A DNA stretch of 64,000 nt from a virus (Duplodnaviria; Caudoviricetes): positions 256,001 to 320,000 of the IMG/VR virus record IMGVR_UViG_3300015615_000196; one strand, given 5' to 3'. Both the position numbers and the translations under genes were made by a program. Below are positions 30,555-40,411 of this stretch, in pieces. The notes beneath the pieces were generated by a model. The model was not told where the DNA came from and ran no database searches. It saw only the letters and a program-made list of their open reading frames with translations. How positions within the stretch are numbered: position 1 is the stretch's first letter; every line of letters starts with the position of its first letter.

Positions 30555-30956
30555 ATGAGGGTCACAGACAACTATATAACAGTCCTCAAGGCAAACGAGA
30601 TATTTGTCTTCGGGTCAAATCTTGCTGGCATTCACGGTGCTGGTGCAGCAAAAATGGCACATGAACTTTTTGGCGCAAAATGGGGTATAGGATACGGACT
30701 CGAAGGACAGTCCTTTGCACTCCCAACAAAAGATCGACAGATCGAAACATTGACGCTCACGCAGATCAAACATTTTGTAGATCAGTTTATTAAGTTCGCA
30801 AAGCGTAAACCACAACTTACATTTTTAGTGACCGAAGTCGGTTGCAAACTTGCTGGTTACGAACCACATCAAATCGCTCCACTCTTCAAAGATGCAGTCG
30901 AAGTTGAGAACATTCACCTTCCAGAAAGATTTTGGAATGTTTTGAATTTAGAATAG
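30555..30956 (+). CDS. A1S_2505-family (macrodomain-like) phage protein
   Basis: IFVFGSNLAGIHGAGAA, GQSFALPT, FLVTEVGCKLAG. Confidence 0.75.
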   Translation: MRVTDNYITVLKANEIFVFGSNLAGIHGAGAAKMAHELFGAKWGIGYGLEGQSFALPTKDRQIETLTLTQIKHFVDQFIKFAKRKPQLTFLVTEVGCKLAGYEPHQIAPLFKDAVEVENIHLPERFWNVLNLE

Positions 30957-30987
30957 AAATCTATAATATTGCTGATATTTCAGTAGT

Positions 30988-31428
30988 ATGATTTCTGAAT
31001 TCAGGGGAGAGTTTTATTTTTTATCGAACTTCTTTTTATGCCCCGTTGAATATGAGGGTACGATCTTTGCATCATCTGAACATGCGTACATGTCAGCAAA
31101 GTCGCATGATCCAATCTGGAAAGCCTACTGCTCAAATCCGAATGTAACGCCATCGGATGTCAAACGTGAAAGTCAACACATACCACTGATTCCCACATGG
31201 GAGAAGGTGAAGTATTCTATAATGGAGAAGTGTGTGAGAAGCAAGTTCATGATGAATGAAGAACTACGTGCAAAGTTGATCGCAACTGGCAATCAAAATC
31301 TTCAAGAAGGCAACTGGTGGGAAGATCGCACTTGGGGTGTTGATCTTAAAGTAAACCCCAACGTAGGTGAGAATCACTTGGGACGAATATTGATGAAAGT
31401 AAGGGACGAACTTAAAACCATCGCGTGA
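30988..31428 (+). CDS. NADAR (YbiA-like) domain protein
   Basis: FLSNF, SEHAYMSAK, KF..N..LRAKLIATG, EGNWWEDRTWG, GENHLGRILMKVR. Confidence 0.92.
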   Translation: MISEFRGEFYFLSNFFLCPVEYEGTIFASSEHAYMSAKSHDPIWKAYCSNPNVTPSDVKRESQHIPLIPTWEKVKYSIMEKCVRSKFMMNEELRAKLIATGNQNLQEGNWWEDRTWGVDLKVNPNVGENHLGRILMKVRDELKTIA

Positions 31429-31625
31429 TTTTAGAAGAGGCAATTCGAGAGTCCCAAAAAAGACGAGACCTATTTAAACAAGATGTTCATGTACTACGGG
31501 ATAATGAACAGCAGTATTTTACGGTCTTAGACATGAATCTTAAAGTGAGTTTACAAAATCCGCTTTTAGATGATAAAAAAATTTACTATACTGCATGGAA
31601 TTTGGAAAATTTGTTCGATCTTTAA
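31425..31625 (+). CDS. Hypothetical protein
   Basis: GTGA coupling. Confidence 0.5.
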   Translation: MILEEAIRESQKRRDLFKQDVHVLRDNEQQYFTVLDMNLKVSLQNPLLDDKKIYYTAWNLENLFDL

Positions 31626-31660
31626 CCCGATAAACTTATCTTAAACCATATATACACCGA

Positions 31661-32677
31661 ATGAAAAACCGCTCAGTTAAAAGTACCCTTAAAGAAGAAA
31701 GCAAAGAAGTTGCATCACCGAGAAATACACCGATGCCGAAATCTGCGGGGGTTCCAGATGATCACGATGAAGATGATGACGATGAACCGAGTTACATTCA
31801 ATGGATAACCAGAGGTAATAAACTCTACTATCCAGAAGCACAAGTAAAGCTGGTGAAGAAAATCCCACCGGGATACTATTCAATCGGCTTTGATCAGCAA
31901 GCAGGAAAGTTTACCGTGAGAAAACTCTCCTACTCAACTGATCACGTTTTGGTGCTGCCGATGCCTGAGACACAACAAATACTCAAGGACATCAATACCT
32001 TCTGGACAAAGGAGGACGCATTCAAACGCTACGGCTTAACCTTTAAGCGTGGAGTACTTATGTATGGTACTCCGGGTGGTGGTAAGTCACACATTATTCA
32101 ATTAATTGTGAAGCACCTTATCGACAATGAAAAAGGTGTAGTATTTAAGATTGAGACGGCAAACGATGTTGAAACATTCCACACGTTCATGCAGTCAACC
32201 TTCAAGTTGATCGAACCTACAAGAAGACTTGTGGTAATCATTGAAGACATTGACGGCTTGTTCCAGTCGGGTAAATCAACGGAAACAATCCTGCTCAACA
32301 TTTTGGATGGTATGGGTCAAATGGACAATGTGGTCTATGTGGCAACTACTAACTATCCAGAAGAACTTGCGGATCGTATCATCAATCGTCCTTCTCGTTT
32401 CGATAGACGTTACGAGATTTCGTTGCCGAACGAAGAAGTACGTAGATCGTATTTCGAACAGACGTTAAAACCGGAAGACCTGCCAACCATTGACCTTAAT
32501 AAGTGGGTAGCGGAGACGGAGAATCTTTCAATCGCTCACTTACGTGAAGTGATCGTGTCAACGGTAATTCAAGGCAATAGCTTTGAGGAAACCATCAAGT
32601 TGATGAAGGATTATAACAGTGAAAGACCTTCCTCAAGAAAATTCAAAGGAAGCAAGACCGTAGGATTTGGGAAATGA
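31661..32677 (+). CDS. AAA+ ATPase
   Basis: GTPGGGKS Walker A, IIEDID Walker B, TTNYPE sensor 1, RPSRFD Arg finger. Confidence 0.92.
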   Translation: MKNRSVKSTLKEESKEVASPRNTPMPKSAGVPDDHDEDDDDEPSYIQWITRGNKLYYPEAQVKLVKKIPPGYYSIGFDQQAGKFTVRKLSYSTDHVLVLPMPETQQILKDINTFWTKEDAFKRYGLTFKRGVLMYGTPGGGKSHIIQLIVKHLIDNEKGVVFKIETANDVETFHTFMQSTFKLIEPTRRLVVIIEDIDGLFQSGKSTETILLNILDGMGQMDNVVYVATTNYPEELADRIINRPSRFDRRYEISLPNEEVRRSYFEQTLKPEDLPTIDLNKWVAETENLSIAHLREVIVSTVIQGNSFEETIKLMKDYNSERPSSRKFKGSKTVGFGK

Positions 32678-32946
32678 CAACAAAAACCGCTTATAGAGTT
32701 GTAGATTACAAAGGAGTGCAATATCTCCATTATCTAAAACTCTATAAGTTTTGGTTTGTAAAGTGGTATGAATGGGAAACGATCTCATATCCCAATGAAC
32801 ACGGAAAACCGCAGGTTGTTTGTAATAAGATACAAGACTACCGCAGTATACGAAAATTTGTTATCAAGTATCCAGACATAGCAGAGTACTTTAAGACTGA
32901 GTATGTTGAAAGAAAAAACAAGTTTAAAAACGGTCACAATAAGTAG
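32674..32946 (+). CDS. Hypothetical protein
   Basis: ORF, TAG stop. Confidence 0.5.
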   Translation: MTTKTAYRVVDYKGVQYLHYLKLYKFWFVKWYEWETISYPNEHGKPQVVCNKIQDYRSIRKFVIKYPDIAEYFKTEYVERKNKFKNGHNK

Positions 32947-33223
32947 CATCGTCATTACGATGTTCTGTCACATTTTTTGTTGCGTTCTTCCACTCTTAGG
33001 ATTCGTTGTGGGTCTTAATGTCATTGGAAGCTACGCTCACGCCTATGAGAGTGTCATTATTGCTCTCAACCTTATTTCAATCACCTTCGGCTTTTACTAC
33101 ACGTATCTCCATAAGGAGAAAAAGAAGTGTGATCACCAGCATTGTCATGATCGCAGTAAAGTAGCATTCTGGATCGCGACAATTATTTCTCTATCGATAA
33201 TGATTGTTCCACACTTAAATTAA
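32903..33223 (+). CDS. MerC-like metal-binding membrane protein
   Basis: 3 TM helices; CHIFCCVLP in TM1; CDHQHCH loop. Confidence 0.55.
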   Translation: MLKEKTSLKTVTISSIVITMFCHIFCCVLPLLGFVVGLNVIGSYAHAYESVIIALNLISITFGFYYTYLHKEKKKCDHQHCHDRSKVAFWIATIISLSIMIVPHLN

Positions 33224-33227
33224 AAAC

Positions 33228-33632
33228 ATGAAGACCAAGGAGTTAGAGTTTAATGGGAAGCAAGTAATTGTGGTTGATGCGCCCGTCACGGCAACACATG
33301 CAAATCCGTCTGTGTTCGATGGTGCAAGGTATATCGTCTATAAGAAAAACAAACCTCTCGATTCATATGTGTTCGATACCAATGGTGATGACACGGAATT
33401 AGTGAGTCGCTACGAAAATCGTTGGGTCAACATTGGTAAAGTTTCATTGGCCGAGGAAGGGAAAGTGGCTGACCTGTTCACTCCCATCAAGAATGGAAAT
33501 TTTTGGGAATATGAACACAATGGTGTCATTTACCCGAAAGCCGTAGATGCATTGAAAGACATCTTGGATCAAGAAACTGGTTTTGAGAACCCGTTTGTCT
33601 TGGTCATAAAACCACAAATCGAATATGCATGA
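33228..33632 (+). CDS. Hypothetical protein
   Basis: ORF. Confidence 0.6.
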   Translation: MKTKELEFNGKQVIVVDAPVTATHANPSVFDGARYIVYKKNKPLDSYVFDTNGDDTELVSRYENRWVNIGKVSLAEEGKVADLFTPIKNGNFWEYEHNGVIYPKAVDALKDILDQETGFENPFVLVIKPQIEYA

Positions 33633-34011
33633 TATTGTTAAAGTTGTAATGGATGCATCTTATCCTTACAATGATTTTCTTGGATGGTGGCAATCAATGG
33701 ACACCTACGACAAAGAGGTCTGGACGTACATTTCAAAAGACTCTGGTCGTACCGAGCAAAATTCAATGTTGCTCACTAAGAAGGCAATGGAACTGTATTG
33801 CCTTGAAATGGGAATCGACTACATTCCCAACAGTGAGGAATACCTTGACAAAATGTTTAGACGATTAATCTCAATGATCGTCATTGCTTCGTTAATTGAT
33901 CGTGGCATGGTCTACATTGGATCAGGCAGATTATCATTCATTGAAGATGCAACTCCAATGTTGACGGAGAAAGGAAAGAACTACCAAAAGGAATCTAAAG
34001 CAGATAAGTGA
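33625..34011 (+). CDS. Hypothetical protein
   Basis: ORF. Confidence 0.6.
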   Translation: MHDIVKVVMDASYPYNDFLGWWQSMDTYDKEVWTYISKDSGRTEQNSMLLTKKAMELYCLEMGIDYIPNSEEYLDKMFRRLISMIVIASLIDRGMVYIGSGRLSFIEDATPMLTEKGKNYQKESKADK

Positions 34012-34523
34012 GAATTGTCTTTCTCGATATTGATGGTGTTTTAAATCACGAAGCATTCTACCGAAAACGGCAAGAGGAAGGGATACATATTTACCCAACG
34101 TATCCTTTGTCTGAATTCGATCCTGAATCTGTTTCTCGATTGAACTACATTCTTGAACAGACAGGTGCTAAAGTGGTAATGTCTTCCTCATGGAGACACG
34201 GGCGTACAATTCAAGAACTTCAAAACATACTTGAGAAAGTCGGCTTTAAAGGTGAGTTGATTGACAAGACTCCATCCTTCAAACACGATGATTGTGTGCG
34301 TGGTAATGAGATCGAAAAATGGATTGATGACCACAGAGAATTACTTGGAGCAGACAAGTTCAGATATTGCGAATACGTGATTCTGGACGATGATTGCGAC
34401 ATGCTTTATACGCAAAAGGACAATTTCATACACGTAGATCGGTATGTTGGTATTACCATGCAGACTGCAATTCGTGCAATTAATATTTTGAAAACTGTAA
34501 GAGAACCCTTAATTTTGAGTTGA
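34008..34523 (+). CDS. HAD phosphatase, Swiss-Army-Knife RNA-repair type (HAD_SAK_2)
   Basis: FLDIDGVLN, VMSSSWR, RGNEIEKW, YVILDDD. Confidence 0.88.
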   Translation: MRIVFLDIDGVLNHEAFYRKRQEEGIHIYPTYPLSEFDPESVSRLNYILEQTGAKVVMSSSWRHGRTIQELQNILEKVGFKGELIDKTPSFKHDDCVRGNEIEKWIDDHRELLGADKFRYCEYVILDDDCDMLYTQKDNFIHVDRYVGITMQTAIRAINILKTVREPLILS

Positions 34524-34524
34524 C

Positions 34525-34749
34525 ATGGATCGTACTGTAACCATAAGCGAAGCTGATTTCAATAAAGTAGAGAAGGAACACAATGCTGTTGTTCTTCAAA
34601 ACACAGTATTGAAGAGAGACTTGACTCGTGCTTTGCTTTTACTGAAAACAAGTACCGAATACTACGATACCGACATCAGTGATGTTGACGAGTTCGAAGA
34701 AAAGGTCGTGAAGTTCATTTCAATAACGAAGAGAGATCACAAGATATAA
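34525..34749 (+). CDS. Hypothetical protein
   Basis: ORF. Confidence 0.55.
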   Translation: MDRTVTISEADFNKVEKEHNAVVLQNTVLKRDLTRALLLLKTSTEYYDTDISDVDEFEEKVVKFISITKRDHKI

Positions 34750-35336
34750 TGGACTACCAAGAATTTAGAGACAAGATGGATGCACTGGATGCATTCATTG
34801 AAACTTGCGAGACAAAAGAAATTGATGGTGACATTCACATCACGATCAATGACGATAACGTTGACGAGTTCAGAGAGATCATGCAGGACTTGATCACCAT
34901 TGCAACAAGCGATGATAACTACGTTGATCAGATACTTGAATACTTAGCTGAAATCGATCAAAAAATTACTGACAAAAATATGATTGCAAAGTTTATCCCC
35001 GTGTTCGCTGCAATACAAGCATTTGCAAGCGCAGTACGTACCTTCGCACAAGGCGAAGTAGAAGAAGGAAAAGCCATTGAATTATTCAAGGGCACAGGTG
35101 ATCCGAATGTTGACGAATGGGTCTTCGAAATGAATACGTTGACTGCTCCGATGGATGCACGATTTGGTAAGGTTGTGGATAAGGTGAAGACTGAATCTGG
35201 TTCAACAGTTATCAAGATCAAAGCACCGCTTGCGAATGAAATCGTGGAGTGGGAGGATACGATGTTTGTTGTTGTTCCTGAAATGGAAAAAATCCTCAAG
35301 GAGTATCAGACGAAGTACACTAAAACCTTTTTCTAA
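34749..35336 (+). CDS. Acidic hypothetical protein
   Basis: ORF. Confidence 0.6.
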   Translation: MDYQEFRDKMDALDAFIETCETKEIDGDIHITINDDNVDEFREIMQDLITIATSDDNYVDQILEYLAEIDQKITDKNMIAKFIPVFAAIQAFASAVRTFAQGEVEEGKAIELFKGTGDPNVDEWVFEMNTLTAPMDARFGKVVDKVKTESGSTVIKIKAPLANEIVEWEDTMFVVVPEMEKILKEYQTKYTKTFF

Positions 35337-35349
35337 TCCTTACGTATAA
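35324..35349 (+). promoter_or_regulatory. ECF-sigma-like promoter
   Basis: AACCTTTTTCTAATCCTTACGTATAA. Confidence 0.75.
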
Positions 35350-35355
35350 GGGTGT

Positions 35356-35907
35356 ATGGGAGTAATTTATACGCCACCAACCAAAATAGAAGAATCCGAT
35401 TTCATCAATTACATGGTGTTTTTGGCGGGTTCCATTGAAATGGGTGTTGCCGAAGACTGGCAGACCACACTTTCAAAGGAACTGGTCGATATACCGAAGT
35501 TGACAATTCTGAATCCAAGACGACCACAGTGGGATAACTCGTGGGTACAAAGTCTTGACAATCCAATATTCAAGGAACAAGTTGATTGGGAACTGGACGG
35601 CATCGAAAAGGCTGATCTGGTTATCTTCTACTTTGATCCGAATACCAAGTCACCGATTACCCTGCTTGAGTTGGGAATGGTGAGCCAACTGGTACGACTC
35701 GAAAAGCGAATCATTGTGTGTTGCCCCAACGGTTTCTACCGTAAGGGTAACGTTGACATTGTGGTTCACCGTATGCGAGAGAGTATCAGACAGAATCCCT
35801 TCTTCCCCAAAGATGGGTTTGTCAGTGACTACGTAATGCAAGCGGAAACACTGGAAGAATTATTGGATATTGCAAAAAGGTTTTTGAAATATAAAACCAA
35901 TTTGTAA
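35356..35907 (+). CDS. Nucleoside 2-deoxyribosyltransferase-like protein
   Basis: VFLAGSI, NPRR, QVDWEL, SPITLLELG, RKGNVDIV. Confidence 0.85.
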   Translation: MGVIYTPPTKIEESDFINYMVFLAGSIEMGVAEDWQTTLSKELVDIPKLTILNPRRPQWDNSWVQSLDNPIFKEQVDWELDGIEKADLVIFYFDPNTKSPITLLELGMVSQLVRLEKRIIVCCPNGFYRKGNVDIVVHRMRESIRQNPFFPKDGFVSDYVMQAETLEELLDIAKRFLKYKTNL

Positions 35908-35919
35908 CTTTCCGTCCTT

Positions 35920-36156
35920 ATGAAGGACATAAAGGAATGCCTCAAATCAACCAGTCTTGACGAGATTAAAAGAGAGATTGATGAACGTAAGGATTTACGT
36001 GCGCAAATGGTAGGACAATTGTATCCTGCAATGTTGACTGATGAAATCAGTCAGTTAACATCGCACTATACTGCCGTTTATCGTTTCGTAAAACACAACA
36101 TGGATCACATCCGAAAACAAGAAGAAGAATGGAAACCTACCCAACCGCCAATGTAA
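35920..36156 (+). CDS. Hypothetical protein
   Basis: ORF. Confidence 0.55.
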   Translation: MKDIKECLKSTSLDEIKREIDERKDLRAQMVGQLYPAMLTDEISQLTSHYTAVYRFVKHNMDHIRKQEEEWKPTQPPM

Positions 36157-37235
36157 ATGCAGACTTGATTGCACCACAAATTGTGTCGGTAGAAAACCGT
36201 CCGTTGGATGCAACTATTGAAATTGTGCATGGTGTTGAGAAACATCCGAATGCAGACAAACTTGATCTTTGCATGATCTTGGGTTTCAAGTGTGTGACCA
36301 AACGTGATCAATTCAAAGACGGTGACAAGGTGATTTACGTTCGCCCGGATACGGTATTTCCGTTGGCTGATTGGGCAGCAGAGTATCGTAAGTATTCACC
36401 AAAGAGAATCAAAGCAATTCGTCTTCGTGGAGTATTCAGCGAAGGCGTAATCATTCCATTCGATGCAGTGCCAGAAGACGTGCGTAATCTCATTGTCAAC
36501 TTTGCAGTGGGAGATACCGTTGCCGAAATTCTTGGCATCACGCACTACCAAGAACCTGAACCACAGGATCAATCTGCAAAAGGTGGTCTGCCTCTTGGCA
36601 TTCCGAAAACCGATGAAGAACGTTTTGAAGGTATGAAGTATCTTCCGTTCGGAGAGGTCGTTGATCTTCAATTGAAGATTGATGGTCAGTCATGCTCGTA
36701 CTACTACAACTACGAAACCAAAGTCTTTGGTATTCTTGGTCGTAGTCTGGAATTGAAGTACAAGGTGGTTGACGAAAACGGAATCGAAAGCATTGCCAAC
36801 AACAAGTATGTCGAGAACATTCCGATCTACGACATCGAAAATAAATTACGTGACTTCTGTGAGAAGGAACAAATTTCACTTTGTATCCGAGGTGAATCTT
36901 ATGGTCAAGGTTTACAGGGACATGAAATCAATCCTCATGCGAAAGCAAACAAGGGTTGGGCGATGTTCTCCGTATTCTTGATCACCGAGCATGTGTACGC
37001 TGAAAAGGGTCACAAGTATTACTTTAAGAATGTGGCGCAAGCTACAGGGCTTCCTATTGCCCCAATGATCGAAGAAGATGTAGAGTTAACACCTGAATTG
37101 GTGAAACACTATTCCGAAGAAATTGAAAAGCTGAACTACAATGGCATTCAAGCGTTACCGTTTGAAGGTGTTGTGGTAAAGACAAAAGCCGGATCATTCA
37201 AGATCATCAATAAGTACTACGATGCAAACAAGTAA
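36129..37235 (+). CDS. ATP-dependent RNA ligase, DRB0094/Rnl5 type (N-terminal OB domain)
   Basis: HPNADKL OB domain, LRGVFSEG, KTDEER, KIDGQS adenylylation motif, RGE, EGVVVK, FKIIN. Confidence 0.9.
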   Translation: METYPTANVNADLIAPQIVSVENRPLDATIEIVHGVEKHPNADKLDLCMILGFKCVTKRDQFKDGDKVIYVRPDTVFPLADWAAEYRKYSPKRIKAIRLRGVFSEGVIIPFDAVPEDVRNLIVNFAVGDTVAEILGITHYQEPEPQDQSAKGGLPLGIPKTDEERFEGMKYLPFGEVVDLQLKIDGQSCSYYYNYETKVFGILGRSLELKYKVVDENGIESIANNKYVENIPIYDIENKLRDFCEKEQISLCIRGESYGQGLQGHEINPHAKANKGWAMFSVFLITEHVYAEKGHKYYFKNVAQATGLPIAPMIEEDVELTPELVKHYSEEIEKLNYNGIQALPFEGVVVKTKAGSFKIINKYYDANK

Positions 37236-38012
37236 ATGAAAGGTCAACTTACATTTCAGAACTACAAGTCTTACACGAAAGAAGATCAAAAGACTTGGGG
37301 TGCTCTTTTCGAACGTCAGGTGGATAACCTGAAAAAAGACAACAAGGTTGTCGAAGAGTTTTGGGAAGGTGTCAATAAGTTGAAAATCAAAAGAGGTGAA
37401 ATACCCAATTTTGAAAACGTCAACAAGATACTCAAGCCACTGAACAATTTTGAGATCATGGGTGTGACTGGTTTGCTGGATGATCAAATCTTCTTCCAGC
37501 TAATCAAGAATCGCAAGTTCCCGGTGACCACTTGGATTCGCAAACCTCACCAGATCGACTATATTGAAGAACCGGATATGTTTCATGACTTGCTCGGTCA
37601 CGTACCGTTCCTTGCTCATAAATCGTATACGGACTTACTGGTTGAACTTGCCGATGCTGCCTTACTTTCGTTCCAGAGAAACGACAAAGTGTTTCAGGAT
37701 GCGTTTGTGCGCTTTTACTGGTACAGTGTTGAGTTCGGTCTTCTCCTGAACAAAGAAGGAAAGCACCAGATTTACGGAGCAGGGATTCTTTCATCGTTCT
37801 CGGAGACAAACAAAGTGTTTGAAGCAGAGAGTGTGAAGAAGGATTTCAGCTACGACATTTTGAAGGAAGACTTCGATAAGCAGCACCTTCAAAATTTCTA
37901 CGCTGTGCTTTGTGGTCAGGACGGAGGCATTGGCTTTGCAAGTGGAATTGAGCGACTACGGGAATGGGTCGTTTATGTAAACGATCAACAACACGGGAGG
38001 CACAATCCATGA
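37236..38012 (+). CDS. phhA: Phenylalanine 4-monooxygenase (biopterin-dependent aromatic amino acid hydroxylase)
   Basis: YIEEPDMFHDLLGHVPFL (two Fe His), WYSVEFGL (Fe Glu), YGAGILSS. Confidence 0.9.
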   Translation: MKGQLTFQNYKSYTKEDQKTWGALFERQVDNLKKDNKVVEEFWEGVNKLKIKRGEIPNFENVNKILKPLNNFEIMGVTGLLDDQIFFQLIKNRKFPVTTWIRKPHQIDYIEEPDMFHDLLGHVPFLAHKSYTDLLVELADAALLSFQRNDKVFQDAFVRFYWYSVEFGLLLNKEGKHQIYGAGILSSFSETNKVFEAESVKKDFSYDILKEDFDKQHLQNFYAVLCGQDGGIGFASGIERLREWVVYVNDQQHGRHNP

Positions 38013-38243
38013 ACATAAAAGGTGAAATGCTGAAACCAGAAACCAGATGTTACAAAGGCAACATCGAAGATCACGATAACGGTAGACGCATACTCTTTTG
38101 ATGGAACAACCAATGGGCTTTATGTTGAAGCAACGTGGTTAGTCAGTGGAGAAAACATTTTTACTCTTGGCGATATAGGTCGTGTTATGGACTCCGGCAA
38201 GGGACAAATAATTAACGACCAAAGAAAAGTAGATCAGAACTAA
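38009..38243 (+). pseudogene. 75-aa gene frameshifted by a 7-bp tandem duplication
   Basis: AAACCAG x2 at 38033-38046; deleting one copy gives an ORF coupled to both neighbours (ATGA at 38009, TAATG at 38241). Confidence 0.65.
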
Positions 38244-38461
38244 TGAAAGCAACACCACGTCAGCAAGCAATCATACAGGAGGTTCAGAATCAAGCAAGTT
38301 TCTGGATGAATACAAACGACATCACCTCACCAACGCACTATTGTGACATTGAAGAAGAAGTACGCAAGCTGGAAATGGACGATGTGTTGACGAAAGCAGA
38401 TGCGAAAAAACTTGAAGACCTTTTAGGTGACCTATACGATTTCATAAAAACAAAACTTTAA
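38243..38461 (+). CDS. Hypothetical protein
   Basis: ORF. Confidence 0.55.
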   Translation: MKATPRQQAIIQEVQNQASFWMNTNDITSPTHYCDIEEEVRKLEMDDVLTKADAKKLEDLLGDLYDFIKTKL

Positions 38462-38465
38462 AGCC

Positions 38466-38879
38466 ATGACAGCATTAGTTGTATTACAGGTTCTTTTCAT
38501 CCTGTTCATTCATTGGGTTGCAGATTTTCTTCTTCAAACCGAAAACATGGCAACCAAGAAAAGCACATCAAACTATTGGTTAACCCAACACGTACTTGCG
38601 TATGCCGTAGGAATTATTCCTATTGGCCTTCTCGTGTTCTTCATGGGACACGTTACTTGGGCAGGTGCAATTCTTTGGGTGGTCTTGAATAGTGGCCTAC
38701 ACTGGCTGACGGACTACTACACGAGCCGTTGGACGAGCCAGCTTTACGCTACCAAGAATTTTTACAACCCAAACAAGTACTTCAAGTACTTTAACTTTCC
38801 GGCTTTTTTCAGTGTTATTGGCCTTGACCAGATTATTCATTACTCCTGCCTATTTATCACATATGCAGCATTCACGTAA
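38466..38879 (+). CDS. DUF3307 membrane protein
   Basis: HWVADFLLQ, H, HWLTDY and DQIIH motifs. Confidence 0.85.
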   Translation: MTALVVLQVLFILFIHWVADFLLQTENMATKKSTSNYWLTQHVLAYAVGIIPIGLLVFFMGHVTWAGAILWVVLNSGLHWLTDYYTSRWTSQLYATKNFYNPNKYFKYFNFPAFFSVIGLDQIIHYSCLFITYAAFT

Positions 38880-39001
38880 TGAAAATTTTTAGAAAGAAGG
38901 ACAGGACAAAAATCAAAAAGGCATTAGTGGGAGTACTTGTGATTCTCATTCTTTTGTTTTATATTTGGTTTTTAAACCAGTCTCACCATGTTAAACCGTA
39001 A
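38879..39001 (+). CDS. Small membrane peptide (40 aa, not in ORF track)
   Basis: TAATG coupling; basic N-terminus plus TM helix. Confidence 0.45.
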   Translation: MKIFRKKDRTKIKKALVGVLVILILLFYIWFLNQSHHVKP

Positions 39002-40070
39002 CGGTAATAAGTTAGCCATCTTTGAAGATTTCGTAGTAGACACGAACCTACCAAAGTACACAAAAGGTACGCCCGTTGAATTACAGGGCAGCATTCCGGT
39101 CACAAGTGGAAGCGTTTTCATATCCACTGGATCAGCAACAACAATAAACACTTGGGGTACGATTCAAGTAGCCCCATCAAACGATGGATGGGTCGGAATG
39201 GATTCAGGCTCTGGCTCATACTCAGAGAGCAAACCCAAAGGATTCATTGGTGGACTTCTTGCAAAATTTGCAAAGAAGAAGGAAGAGAAAAGAAAGACAA
39301 TGACCATCATTTCATTCTTCTCGTCTCTGGCGCAATCCTTGAACGATTTAAAGACCTTACAGGATATTGCCATCCACTACGAGACTGCAATTTCAAATGC
39401 AGCTAAAGCAGGGCAAACGGCTCTGGTGGACACGTTGAAAAGCCGACTGGAATCGGCAAAATCTGAGGTTCAGTTGGTCATCAATAACTTAAATAAGTAT
39501 TTGACCGAAGACCAGATTGTCGATTTCTACAAGCAAGCGAAGAAGGACAAGAACCTCAAGTTGACGTGGATCAAACATTTTATCAAACCAATTCCTTCAA
39601 GAATTCTGGATGCAAAAGCAGACCTTGACAAACAGTTGGTATTTGACAACTACGTGGTACTCCACTACGATCCGAACAACGATGCTACGGACTACACCGC
39701 AGACGAGAAGGAAGAAATCAAGAGACGCGAGAAAGACCCAATTCTGTTTGGTGTTATCAAGAACAGCCGTAGACTTTACTACATCGGTGACTGGATTGAT
39801 GACTACTGCGATCTTACCCTTGACGTGGTAATTGAAACACTTGGAGAAAAAGTGAATGAGGTCAACAATGATAAGGTGAAAACTTATCTTGACTTGGGTG
39901 AGAGAAAAGAAGTGCGTGAGAAGAAACCAAATCCATACGCCTCAACTGCGTCTACGGTAAACTTCCCTTCAATGAATTTTGAGAAGGTGAAGGAAGCTGT
40001 AGAGAAGCCAATTAAGATGGTGAGCCGTGTCTTCACTAAGAAGAAGGCGACTGCCAAGAAAAAGAAATGA
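38988..40070 (+). CDS. Hypothetical protein
   Basis: 360 aa; KDPILFG...YYIGDW motif. Confidence 0.7.
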   Translation: MLNRNGNKLAIFEDFVVDTNLPKYTKGTPVELQGSIPVTSGSVFISTGSATTINTWGTIQVAPSNDGWVGMDSGSGSYSESKPKGFIGGLLAKFAKKKEEKRKTMTIISFFSSLAQSLNDLKTLQDIAIHYETAISNAAKAGQTALVDTLKSRLESAKSEVQLVINNLNKYLTEDQIVDFYKQAKKDKNLKLTWIKHFIKPIPSRILDAKADLDKQLVFDNYVVLHYDPNNDATDYTADEKEEIKRREKDPILFGVIKNSRRLYYIGDWIDDYCDLTLDVVIETLGEKVNEVNNDKVKTYLDLGERKEVREKKPNPYASTASTVNFPSMNFEKVKEAVEKPIKMVSRVFTKKKATAKKKK

Positions 40071-40411
40071 AACCCCCGAAAGACTTAACACTGGTGGATT
40101 TAATCACCGTGTACGATCTGATCGCAACCTTACGGAAGGCGACAGTTCCTGTTAACGAACACATTGATCCTTTAGCAGTAGATGATTGTTGGGATGAATT
40201 GACCAACATCGTTGACAGCATGGGTCTACTGATCAAAGATAAACTTGTTACGAAGGAATCCATTGAAGCCATTCTCGGCAGGAAGATCGTGACTTTTGAA
40301 AAGGTCTACGATGAACAGGGAGTTCTTCGTGAAGTAAAAGTCCAACCAGTAATGGCAGTCGAATACATTACGATGCAATTTAAAATCGTACCGGAAGGTA
40401 CTGAACTATGA
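40067..40411 (+). CDS. Hypothetical protein
   Basis: Coupled ORF. Confidence 0.55.
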   Translation: MKPPKDLTLVDLITVYDLIATLRKATVPVNEHIDPLAVDDCWDELTNIVDSMGLLIKDKLVTKESIEAILGRKIVTFEKVYDEQGVLREVKVQPVMAVEYITMQFKIVPEGTEL

